Assembly (NCBI GenBank): GCA_003614145.1
Contig: KZ987749.1
Coordinates: 1-32,061, forward strand
DNA: 32,061 nt
DNA from: Piptocephalis cylindrospora
Lineage: Eukaryota
Direction: 5' to 3'
Shown: piece after piece, positions 20,645-32,061 of the stretch
How positions within the stretch are numbered: position 1 is the first letter of the stretch
Layout: every line of letters starts with the position of its first letter
Made by a program: the position numbers and the translations under genes
Notes under the pieces: generated by a model
Seen by the model: only the letters and a program-made list of their open reading frames with translations
Told to the model about the DNA's origin: nothing
Databases searched by the model: none

Positions 20645-23600
20645 TCATTCGACCTTTATCCGCTTTCGAAGGTGAGGACCGCGATCACGTCCACCGGCAC
20701 CACCATCCTCCCGCTTCACGGAAGAGGAATTTATATCCTGAGGGATCCATTCACCAGAATAGATGCAAAGCACACGCATCCGGTCATGGTACTTTAAATT
20801 AGGTAAGAGCTTGGGTGTGATAAGAAAGTACTGAGATGATGCGGATTCCTCCCCTTCCTCATCCTCATCCCTGGACTCAGTGACCCGGTTTCGACAGGCA
20901 GCATCGACCAGAAGTTCATGGACTTTCCGTTCATTCCTCGGGTCCATCCCCTGGTTGATTTCATCGACACACCGGAAGGGCACGGTCAGGAGATCTTGAA
21001 GGGCCAGGAGATATAGAATGGTCGCCACCGATCTTTCTCCCCCGGATTGCCGTTGTCCGTCAAGTACTCGCAGGGGGTCTCTGTCTCGGAATTTGACTAA
21101 AATTTCCACGCCCCATCCCTCCACCGACCCATCCTCCTCAGCTGCATCCGCACCCTGCGCATGCCTCCGTAGCCTCACTTCTCCCTGAGCGCCCAGGGCT
21201 TCGAGGGCTCGGGAGAATCCCTGGCTCACATGATCAATCAGAGATTGCACACGCCGCTCCCAAATCGATCGTACCTTCCCCATTTCTTTCCGTAATCTCG
21301 TCACCTGCGTATTCTCTTCATTCACAGTCTCTTGAAGCTCCTGTACTTCTGACTCCCTCGCCTCCCAGCTGCTCACCACATCCGGGTTTAATCGGTGGTT
21401 CAGCTGCGTCTTGACTCGCTCCGATTCTAGCCCTGCCTTGACCTCCTCCAATGTCATGTCAGCCGTCAGCTATATGATAAAGGGAGCGAGATGAGAAAAA
21501 TGCAGTTGGTCTCCTCTCTCGTCCCACCTGTAGCCCCTCTGGGAAGCAAAGAGTATCCTATCCTGCAAGCACTTACTTCATTCATCTCAGCCTTGTCCGC
21601 ATCGTTCAACTGGTCATATGGACCCATGGCTTCATCCATCCACCGTTTAGCCCGAGCCTTGAGGGTAACAACTCGATCATTGAGCTGTTGAAAGTGAAGA
21701 AAGGCATCCCGAAGCTCCTGGTCCCGCTCTAATCGAGCGTGAATCCACTCGGCCCGAAGTCCCTCCATTCCCATCCGTCGGACATCCATACGAATTCGGT
21801 TTCGCACTCCATCCTTGGCCTTCCACCGCTGAATTAGAGATTCTGTTAGCTGCTTGACACACTGAACCTGTTCCTGGACCATTCTAACTTCCTTTACTCT
21901 TTTGGCCGCGGCCATTCCCTTAGCCTCCATCCCTTCCTCCTTCATCAACTTCCCCGCCGCTTCCGCCTTTTCCTCCTGGCGAAGATCTTTCAGCTCTCGC
22001 CTGTCCCGGTCAAGCCGAAAGTCCAGTCTTTCCAGTTGCTTATTCACTCTTTCCACCAAACTCTGATCATTCTTGACTCGTTGACCCTGCATGCCCTTTT
22101 CTCCATCCAACATCAAGGGCTCCAGCTGCCGCCTCAGCCCTTGAGCTTCCTCCGCTTTCTCCGAAATCTGTTGCTGAAGTAATTTACGTTCCTCTTCATC
22201 CCGCTTCAACTCTTGCTTCAGCTCCTTCACGGCCTCAAGCCAATCCTTTTCCTTGGACCCATCGGGGCCCTGAAAGATGTGAGGACGGTCCACACCTTGA
22301 AGCACTTGTACGGTAACCGCGCGTAATCGTTGGCCATACGGGGAGAGTTGAATGGAATAGCGTTGATCCGCCACAAAGTATGTCTGGAATAGCTTAGTGT
22401 GTTCCAGGCCTTCACGATCCACTTGATTCCCTCGTCTCCGACGAATACCCCCACCCCTGTTCATTGGATCCGAAAGGGCAAAGGGGATGGCATGCAGATG
22501 GACCCGACGGTTCAGGATACACCGAACGGCATCAGGCATTTCTGCCGTCTCCCCAAGATACCCGTCAAATCCGAAATCCGCCCGTAAGGCCATACTCGGC
22601 ATCGGTGGATCATTCGATCTCTCCTGAGGCTGGTCGACCGTAGAACCACCCTGGCCACCGCTCCGCCTTCCCCGATCTGCCCCCTGCTCCAATGCAGCGC
22701 ACATCACGCTGACTCGTAGGCCCATGCGATCGATGAACTCTCGGGTAAACACTTCGTAATCCCGAGCGGTGTGACACACAAAAGTACGCTGCAAGGGTAC
22801 GGGAATCACAGCGCCCAGCATCTTTCCACACAAGTTTATCTGACCAGGACTCCCTCCTCCTTCGGGGGGACGCATATTAATCTCGCAGACAATGGGTAGG
22901 GTTGGTGGAGCTCCCTCCCACCAATCTGACATGCCATCAGTCTCTTGTTGGTCCTCGGGCGAGGGCATCCCCAGGAGAATCCTCCCTAGCCGGATTGTAT
23001 CCTCCACAATTTGATCTTTCCTTTGGATGTGTCCTCGTCCCGAGACACCACCCCCAAGGGCCTCGAGACGGCGTAAACGAACATTTTGGAGCGTGGAGAG
23101 CTGGGTCTTACGATCGTGCATCCTATAGGAAATGTTCTTTAGCTTGCCATCCAACATTTTCCGTCTATCCTCAACCCGGTCAATCTCCGTGTTGATGCGC
23201 ATCTTCTCCTCACGAATATCCGTAAGAATACTCGTCATCTTCCTCTTTCCTTTAATCTCCATGCGCCTCCATTCTGAATCTTCCCCTTCCTCTACCATCA
23301 TCACTAGCTCCTCATCCAATTCTCCAGTATTCAGGGTGTATCTTCGGTAGACATTGCGAACTTCCTGCCGAAGGCCGGTGACCTTCTCCTCAATAGCACC
23401 GATACTCTCGTCCAGCTTCTGGATCTTCTCTGCGCGCTCTCGTTGTATCCTCTGCGCTTCCTCCTCCTTCTTCCTCCAAGAGCTAAGAGATGAAACTGCC
23501 TGGGTCAGCTTGACACGGAGATGATCGATACGTGCGTCCCTTCCCTCATCCTCCTCCATTTCCCCTTCCTCCCCTTCCTCCTCCTCCCCTCCCTCATCCA

Positions 23601-24770
23601 CACCAGAATCGTCAGAGGCTTCCTCTGAGGCATTATCAAGACTCTGCAATTTTTCTACCACCTCGTTGACTCGCTCGCGGGCCTGAGTGTGCGCTAATCT
23701 AGCCTCACTCTTTGCTCTGACGGCCTCCTGGAAATCTTCCCGGGCTGCAGCATACTCCATGAAAGGAACCTTGATGGCAAATAGTTTTGCACGTCTTTGA
23801 GAGGCCTCTGCCTCTCTCCACCTTTCCATTTCTCGGGCTAACCCATCTCTCCGAGTGATGGCATGCTTCAGGGCCTCATTGTCCCCCGAGAGCTTACTGA
23901 CCAGTGTTCGTTTTTTTTCGGCCGAGATCTAAAAGGCGTTCATGCATCTCAACCAAATCTTCTTCCTTTTCTCTTCCAGTTCTTTTCTCTCCCTCCTCAT
24001 TCTCTTCGGTCACGCCCCCCTCCTCTTCTTCCTCTTCCTCCTCTTCCATTACAGCATAGCCCCTCCCCGCAACCTTCTCCGTCTCCATAAGTAGCTGAGT
24101 GGGATTCAGTAAAGCAAAGGATGCAACACGGTCCTGAGGGAGAAATTGACACAGATTGTCGACGTGGATCCCCAGTCGTTTAGTCAAACCAACAACCATC
24201 TTTAGAGTGGAAGCTTGTCCATCTACCTGCCAACTGGTGATGCCAGAGGTTCTTTCTGGATTCATCCGAATGCTCCTCTTTATACGGACATGGCCCTCGG
24301 GGGCCGATGAGGATCGAAGAGTCACTTCCACCCAGCCCGAGTCGTGGCCGTGCTTGATAAAATCGGCAATATCACGTGCCCGACCGAGAATATCCGGCTT
24401 TCCTCCCAGCCCAAGGATCATACCACACATGAGTGTGGATTTTCCAGTACCGTTAGGGCCAATAACCAGGTTGAGTCGTGGACCGGGACGAAAGACACAA
24501 TGGTCGTATGTGACGAAGCGGTGTAGGACCAACTGAAGGATGGCGCCATCTGGGTAGCTATTTTGTTAATAGAAGACGACAAGAGGGTAGTATTGTTAGA
24601 ATGAGACAGTTTAAAATGCCTGGTAGGGCAGCTTAACGATTCAGAGCTGGGGAAATGGACATGGGTTTACATTACCTTGTGGGATCATCCTCCTTGGTTG
24701 TAGGGGAAGTATCTGTCTTTCGACGAGCCAGAGCCAACAAAGCAGAGCCGATATTGACCTCGGTGGCCAT
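20645..24770 (-). CDS. SMC5: Structural maintenance of chromosomes protein 5, ~1299 aa after correcting a +1 frameshift at 23911-23918; exons 24770-24676, 24557-21577, 21469-20645
   Basis: Walker A GPNGTGKS, NLCQFLPQDRV, coiled coils and hinge, signature QSGGERS, and Walker B/D-loop VDEINQGMDPRNER. Confidence 0.95.
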
Positions 24771-25339
24771 GATAGGGTGCGTGGATGGGAAGGTGGGAAG
24801 GAAGACAAGGGAAAGAGAAGGCTGGACGCCGAGGACACAATGACAAGACACGTCAACAAGAAATACCCCTCCCACCACTCAGGCAAAGGAGCTGGACGCG
24901 AATTCGCCATCTGGATGGGCCTTTGTGTGGCAATGAAGCCTTACCATGCGTGTGGTGAGTGTGGTTACACCCAACCACCACACCATCTCTGATCATGATC
25001 ATCCTAACAGCCATCACTACCTGCATGCAAAATTTCCTTATCAAAGCCATCCTTGAGGAGATTACGCCTCCTTGCACACAGGGATGTCCGATCAAATCAC
25101 TTATCGTTCTCATCACCACGGCTGACACTGACTCTTCAAGGATACCACAGGATCATCTCCCTTACTATGCATTGAGAAAGGTGATGAAGCGATCAGGGAT
25201 GGATAATGAAAACTATCTTTATTCGTCGGTCGCCTAGATACATATCGTGTAAGAATGCACCCCCAATCTGTCATATTTGGATATGAAAAATACACTGGTT
25301 TTACTATCATCATACCAGCATCATCAAACCCATTTGTAT

Positions 25340-28300
25340 TTATAAATGGTGTTCTCGCCTAAAAAAAGAAGAGTACTGGGATTGAAGGGAAAGCCACCAC
25401 TTGATCACCAACTCCTTCCTCTCCAGACCCAGCTCCTGGGAAAGCCCCTCCCATATCTGCAGGATGGCTTCCTCGGCCCCTTTGTGCCCCTGATCTCCCA
25501 GATGCGCATCCATCTCCTCTTCATCATGGATTAGCCTTTCCATCTCTCCGAGAAGGGAGGGAAGATATGCATATGGGACGGTACATACCAGCGTCCCGAG
25601 GGTGAAGAGGTATGGTCCACGGAGAATGGCGATCCCTGTACCTTGAGGATCCCGTCTTCCTGGAGCTACATGACGAGTATGATCCAGTAAGGAGAGGACA
25701 CAGTACCAGGCCATGGCTGGCCGCACATTGGCCAAAAACTCCATAAGCACCCCATATGCCCCGTGAAATTGATCAAAGGTCAGCTTGTCTTTTGCATAGG
25801 TCTACATCGTAGAATGAGGAAAGGATAACGAGTGAGCCAACCACACCCTTCGCATGTCCCAAGGTTAATGTTGCTTACCTCAATCAAGTAAGCATTGTAG
25901 GTTACCGCCACAGGGATCATGCACTCTCGGTTCTGAGCAAAGAGTGAAAGTATGAGAGAGTGGGTGGAACCAAAGGCATCAGGGTATTCGGGTTCATCCA
26001 TGTAAAGGGGAAGGATAGGCAGTATGGTCTGGAAAAGGAAGGATTCCTCCAAATGGCTAGAGAACTGCTCCATCAAATCCAAGAAAAAAACTCGATTCCC
26101 CCTACGAACCAGACTATCCTCCACTTTTTTGATTAGAATGGTAAGGAAGAGTAAGTACATGAATTCATCGTCCTTTGCCCAATTTCCTCGATTGTTTAAA
26201 GCTCTTCCTTAAGCAGACAAAAAAGATAAGAAGAAGGGGAGATGGCGCGAGACTTACCCGTCGTGCTAGGAAGAGGGGCTATCGAGCGGAAGACGCGGGA
26301 TATTTGAGAGGGAGGTGCCTGTTGAAGTCGCGTAGCAATGGAGAGCATCATCCCTTCATATGCCTTAAGGACCGACCCTATCCCATGCTCATCCATCATG
26401 TCCACTGTTGGAAGGAGGAAATGAAGGTTACCAAACATGCTGAGAACAAGTCGATCTGCAAACATGACCCGGAAAGCCAGAAAAGAAAAGGTTGTTTGAG
26501 TATGTAATAACACCACTATGCAGCTTTCCATCTCTCTCTCTCTTCTCTCTTCTCTCCAAGACTCACCATAATGGCCGCGTGAGAAAGGACCAAGAAGATA
26601 GGACCGTCGTTCAAATTGATGGGAAAAGCGGATGATAACGACAAACAAAAGCCGCATGCATCGGAATATACCATGCACCATTCCTAGGAGCCGGGGGTAC
26701 AGTGTAAGGAGAGTGATTATGATCATGAGCAGGCAGAAAATATGCATTCCGCCATTCCTCAACAGTTTCTCTCTATACCAGAATGCTTCTCCTTTTCCAA
26801 TTCCAGCGTTTTTTCAGCCCTGACAAAGTCTGTCAACGTGTCACCCACAAAGGCGTCTAGCCTAGGTGCATCATAGTGCGGATGGAGACTAAATGAGTTA
26901 TTTTTGTACCTTCCTAGCTGTTGCTCACACAAACACTTACGTAGTCAGGATGCTCAAGGCAAAGTTCGGATTACTAGATGTAGCCAGTAAAGCAAGCGCC
27001 TCACAAAGCATATCCAATTTTTGAGATAGCTCACTGGTGGACCAGACAACCAGAGCATCCTCCACCTGATTCAACTAGTAGGAAAGGAGTTTAACACTAA
27101 TAGAAGGATATCATGCCCTGCCTTAACTTCTAAATAGAAAAATACCTTCCGAATCCTCTCCAAAGACCAGGTGGAAGAAGAGAGGATGGTGAGAAAGGAC
27201 ATGTTGAGACAATGGGGATGTTGTAAAAGAACATGGGAAAGGACTTGACCCACTTCCTAGGAAATATTATCAGGGAGGTATGGGATGATTAAAAAAAGAC
27301 CATTGAATTACACACATGTAGGGGAGGATAAAAAGCGCCGTGTGGTCACTGTGCCTGGGGCAGCTCACTCCACAAACCTACCTCAATACCATCATCTCCC
27401 AAGCATCCTTGAAAGATTTCAGGACATGCGTGGATAGAGGGGATGATAGCCATAGTGAATATCCCATCAAGGGTCATCTTTCCATCATCTTCTCTCATAA
27501 CATCTAAATTCCCCCCAAAAAAAAAGAAAAAAGAAGAGTAAATAAAGCCCACAAGCATGATCTTCGGCTCTAAGAGTCTCCATCTCTCATTTGAATTACT
27601 TACCATGAGGTGACCGTCGATTGGCAAGGTAAGTAGATGTGAGGGAAGAGAGGAGGCTAGAAATCCGTGGAAACAATCTGGAGGTGGAGGAGAAAGAAAG
27701 CCCATGGTCTTCGTAGGCCTCCAGTATTCCACTGAGCATGATACATTGAACAAGGATCCCTTGGTCCTGAACATCAATAGGGCCCGGAATACTATCGAGA
27801 AGCGCCTCCTCCAGGGTCCATGCATCAATAGCCCCTGGACGAATGGAAAGAAGTGCTCTAGAGAAGTAGGAGAGGTCTGCTTGTCTACGCAGGTAGGCCG
27901 AGGCAATGGATCGGTAAAGGCTGGATAAACGACTTGTCTGATTCTCGGTCAAGCAAGGGAAGGCTTGCATAGCACACTGAATGACGGCATAAGAGATTCC
28001 TTGGATTACCTGTGGATCTACCGTGGAGGTAAGGAGGATGTAGACCAATTTCATCCTCGAAGCCTCATCTCTCTCCTCCTCTAGGAGGGAAACGCCACTT
28101 GCGGTAATCCACCCCATGAGAACAGATATAATCCTTTCCTTGCCATCCCCATTCTTAAGAGGCATTCGAGGAAGAGCCTTGAATAGGACGTGGATGGATG
28201 GGGCAACCGCAGGATTCATCTCTCTTCCCTGAGAATCCTGGACGATTTGAGCGCATACACTCAGGGCGTCCATCGCTACCCTAGACAGCTCGTCTATCAT

Positions 28301-28764
28301 TGAGCATTCCAGGAAGTATAGGAAGAGATGGATCGAAATTGTCGTTCAGGGTAGTCAGTTCAATGAACTAGGAGATAATCACGATTCATGATGCACGAGA
28401 CAAGACACTTACCCATCGTATCAATCCATGCCATCCAAAGGTGTGCAATGTGGGCTAGACAGGTCATGGGATGGCCGACAGTTCGGTTTGCCCCCTCTAC
28501 ATACACTTTGGCGAGACGAAGAAGGGCCTGAACCAGCTCAGGAGAGTACCAGCTTGATGGCAGATGACGCGTCAGGCCCTTGAGCGCTTCCAAAGCCAGG
28601 CGAGTCTAGGAGAGAAGGTTAGCGTAATTCCTCCTCATACACCCACTCCCTGGCCTATCCTTCCCTAGCCATCGACATACTTGTGTCGCCCAAGGATCCA
28701 CGTAGGGGTCCAGGAGGATGCGATAGCTGGTCACGGCCTGGGAATACAGATTGGGAGAGGTCAT
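25340..28764 (-). CDS. PEX8: Peroxin Pex8-like helical protein, 11 exons
   Basis: A continuous frame can be traced through 10 GT-AG introns. C-terminal blocks FFLDLMEQF, FGSTHSLILSLF, LTFDQFHGAYGVL and IWEGLSQELGLERKELVIKWW resemble filamentous-fungal Pex8 as remembered. The protein ends in PTS1-like HHL. Confidence 0.68.
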
Positions 28765-29360
28765 GTGTGTGAAGGGACAGTAAGTACGAGAAGGAGAGTG
28801 GAAAGATGAGCGATGATATAAAGATGGAAGCGTACGTGAGTGCTGTTGACGAGAGACACTGATGAGGTTCAACTGGTGGAAGGACCTCCATCCAGAACCC
28901 AAGCGTGGGTGTATTGGTGTCCCTTCCCCCGCTCGGTTCATCGGGACGTGTTAGACCCGATGTCTCTTGGGGTCTCCACTCACTAGGAGGACATTGTGTA
29001 TCCTGATGTGCGTTCAGCCGAGAAACCTCTTCCTTGTGAGCAGGTCTCACCTATACACATGGTCTTGTCCCCTTGCAGGCAATGATGGAGGACGATACGT
29101 CTGTCCATCCCCTGGCCCCTCCTTCCAGTGCTGAGTGTGAGGTTTGCCATCCTCCTCACATCGAGAAATGTGATCACATACACTCCTCGTATCTGTTTAC
29201 ACAAGTCCAGTCCTTACCATTCCCCAATGACCTTCCAGATCACCTTTTAAGCAGTAGAACAAAGAATCAGACAAATGGAAAAGGATAAAATAATAATAGT
29301 AGTAATCACGTCAAGATCATGCCTCACCCAACACCCATTGGGATATCCCTCATCGTCCGT

Positions 29361-30945
29361 CTAGAGCATGGAAAGAACCTCAGGGAAACGGGGACTGAAG
29401 TGGAGGCGATGACGCCTGGCCTGGTTGGTGAGGCCAGATTCGTGGATGGAAAGGTCAATCTCCTCACCGGTACCGGGGGTGACGTTGAAAGCCCAAAGGA
29501 AGTGAGTGATGGCGTTGGAGAGCTCGGCCTCGGCAAGGATCATACCAGGGCAGACACGCCTTCCCTCACCAAAAAGCCAAGTGCTCCGCTTTTCCTGGCT
29601 ACCGATGGTCTCCTCGCAAATGGTGCGATGGACCGAATCGAGCCACCTCTCAGGCTTGTAGGTGGTGGGATCAGGGTAGACATCGGGGTTCATCTGCTCC
29701 TCGTAGTAGCAGGTTATGATCCAGGTGCCCTTCCGGATGAGATTCCCGCGGAAGTAGAAATCCTCCCTGGCGGCATGAGGAATGTTGAGGTAACCGATGG
29801 GACGGAACCTCCACTGCTCACGGATCAGACACTGGACGTAAGGGAGTTCGGCGTAATCCTCTGCGGTGGGAAGACGGTCACGACCGATGACACGATCCAC
29901 CTCGGCCTGGGCCCGCTTCTGGATTTCAGGGTACTTGGCCAGGGTAAGGAGCATGACGTGGAGGAAGGTGGCGGTGGTGTCGGTACCAGCAGCCTCGGTA
30001 TCTCCAATCAGGGCAATAACGTCCATCTCGTCAATGATACCTTCATCCTGAGCCTCGAGAATGTACTTGCCCATACACTCGGGGACCTCGATGGACGGGT
30101 CATTGAGACGGGCGCGGAGATTCTTGATGAGGGCCCGAATGGTACCAACGCGCTTCTCCTGCATCTTGTGGATGTGTCGGACAGTGGGATACAGGAGGGG
30201 ACGGAGAGCGGGGAGGAAATCGACCAAGTTAGTGGAGGTCCCAGTGTTCCGGAAGACATCCTGGGACACCTGGAAGATATCCTGAGCCAGAGGGTCGTTC
30301 ACACTGTCCATGCGCTCACCAAAGGTGGCGCCGAGAAGAACATTGAGGGTGAAATAACTGGTGTAGTTACGGAAATCGGCGCCTTCGGGGGAAGCCCCGG
30401 CCACGGCGTGGATCTCCTTGAGCATTTGACGGGCCTCAGCGTCGATGATGGGGCCGTAGCCCTTGACGGCGCGCTTGGAGAAAGCGGTGGTGAAGAGTTT
30501 GCGGTTATGCTTCCACTTTTCATTGTGGGGGGGCGCCCAGAAGACCACGATAGCCATTGCCGATAATGCCTCCGAGGACATACTGCTCGGGCCGGGTGGC
30601 GATGGAGGCGGCGTGATGCTTGTTCATTTCACGAACAGCATTAGCACTGTTCATTACGAACCAATCAGCCGAGCCCATCTTGACGAAATAGACATCCCCG
30701 TACATCTTGGTCCATTTAGAAAAACTGAGATGGGGGAATTCACTGATCTGATGTAAATTTCCAATGATGGGCAAGCCCCGGGGACCAGGCCGTTTGATGC
30801 GGTAGTGCCCATGGATCAGGTAGGCAAGGTACCCCAAGAGACCGGCGGCCGCTGCAGTCAAGCAGCCTGCGGCATCAAAGTATGCCAGGGTGGGGGGGAA
30901 GAGGGAGGAGAGGGACTCGAACGAGGATGGGAGCAAATGGGACAT
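29361..30945 (-). CDS. Microsomal cytochrome P450, intronless, ~527 aa after correcting a +1 frameshift at 30527-30533
   Basis: N-terminal anchor, PGPRGLPIIGNL hinge, I-helix AAGTDTT, EQWR (ExxR), PERW and heme motif FGEGRRVCPG. Confidence 0.95.
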
Positions 30946-32061
30946 TTTGCGCTCAACGTCAAAGATAAAGGAGATAGGTAAGGAGGATAAGAGAGAGGAA
31001 GGGGAGAAAGGGACGGGGAGAGAATGGGAGCAATAGGAAAATTGGAATCTGTCAAAAGAGATGACCAGGAGGGCAGGCTCTTTAAATGTATTTCCTGTAC
31101 TACAACGTCGCCATCAATGGGAATATCCTTGGGTTACTCCCATGGGAGGATCAGTGTCTGTTTTGCAAGGCGGCCTGTTCCATCGGGTTTACCTAGCCTG
31201 AGAGATTTAAAGAATGGTCATGCTTAATGGGACCAAGGAAGAGAGTGAGGGTCGATGTTCCCTCTCCTCACCTCACACCCTTCCTTTTCTGGACCATCCC
31301 TGGATAGAGAAGCGTGCTGAATGGTTTGGTGCCTTGGTTGGACACTCTATTGCGCGTGGTAGCTCCGCTGAGGGTCAATAGACTCCCAGAGGTCGCCTCG
31401 GCTGCCTCCCTCGCATAGAGCCTTCCCTCCCTGGCCATCCCCCCCATACACCCACTTATTGTATGCGGCGTGATTGGCATATCTAGGGCTAAACCTGCCT
31501 CCCCACTCCCAAGGCGGCCAATACCACCGCTTTAGGTGTGCACATCAGCCGTGAGTATGGACGGTCCCACAATTTTTAGGTGACTTGGCGAGAAGAGTAA
31601 CTCCGAGGAAGGTCGGTCATGCTAAGCGAAGGAGCCCCAATGCCCTTGCCTAGACCATCATTCGTGCAGATTGATTGCGCCCACCACTGTCGGTTTTGCC
31701 AGGTGGTGTGCTCACTCCAACCCCCTTTTGCCTCCTTCTCCCCCCCCTCTAAATTCATATAGGCCGGGGAAACCTGGGGGAGGAAGGGGGAGGGATTGTC
31801 AGGCGCTATACTCATCTCACCAAGAAGGATTCAGTAAGACGCGTGGCGTCGAGAGAAGAGTAAAGATGCGGTGTAAGCTACTTAAAACCCAGGAGAATCA
31901 TATTGTGTGACCCGTCTGAGCAACTTTTCTTTCCTCCCTTCCATGCAAGGGGGGAGGGGACAGGCGCTCAGGAGATGGGTGAACCCAAAAGTGTGTATGG
32001 AGAGGGCTCAATACCCTCCCTCCTGTTCCTCAGTTATGGCCACTATACCCACCTCCCATCC

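Noticed and set aside
28608..28623. AGGAGAGAAGGTTAGC matches the conserved 5' region of U6atac snRNA as remembered
   Set aside because: It is the reverse complement of the branch site, pyrimidine tract and acceptor (GCTAACCTTCTCTCCTAG) of intron 1 of the PEX8-like gene, and the flanks do not resemble U6atac.
29073..29288. 71-aa ORF with CxxC..H..C..H spacing
   Set aside because: It is short, fits no known zinc-finger spacing and lies in the promoter/terminator gap, so it is probably spurious.
29319..30566. 415-aa plus-strand ORF
   Set aside because: It is an antisense shadow of the codon-biased P450 and has no recognisable motifs.

Overview
This is gene-dense eukaryotic DNA with short (about 65-180 nt) spliceosomal introns. 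It most likely comes from an early-diverging (non-Dikarya) fungus; this is inferred from fungal Dam1 and Pex8-like genes lying next to animal/plant-type DET1, BORCS8 and C8orf76-like genes. Hand-built gene models, in order: HST2/SIRT2 sirtuin, BORCS8, Rab escort protein, PHYHD1-like dioxygenase, DAM1 with an extra C-terminal winged-helix-like domain, C8orf76-like TPR protein, SRP40/Nopp140 (one full and one truncated copy), LSM5 (two copies), DET1, a single-pass beta-rich membrane protein with a GC-AG intron, SMC5, PEX8-like, and an intronless cytochrome P450. The main structural anomaly is two back-to-back, apparently identical tandem duplications (1527 bp and 778 bp) that share one palindromic breakpoint, CCAGATTCTGG. 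SMC5 and the P450 each carry a +1 homopolymer frameshift, probably sequencing error. A TATA-preceded, hairpin-rich stretch divergent from DET1 is a candidate ncRNA. No rRNA, tRNA, CRISPR array or transposon was recognised. Family assignments are from remembered motifs, not database searches.
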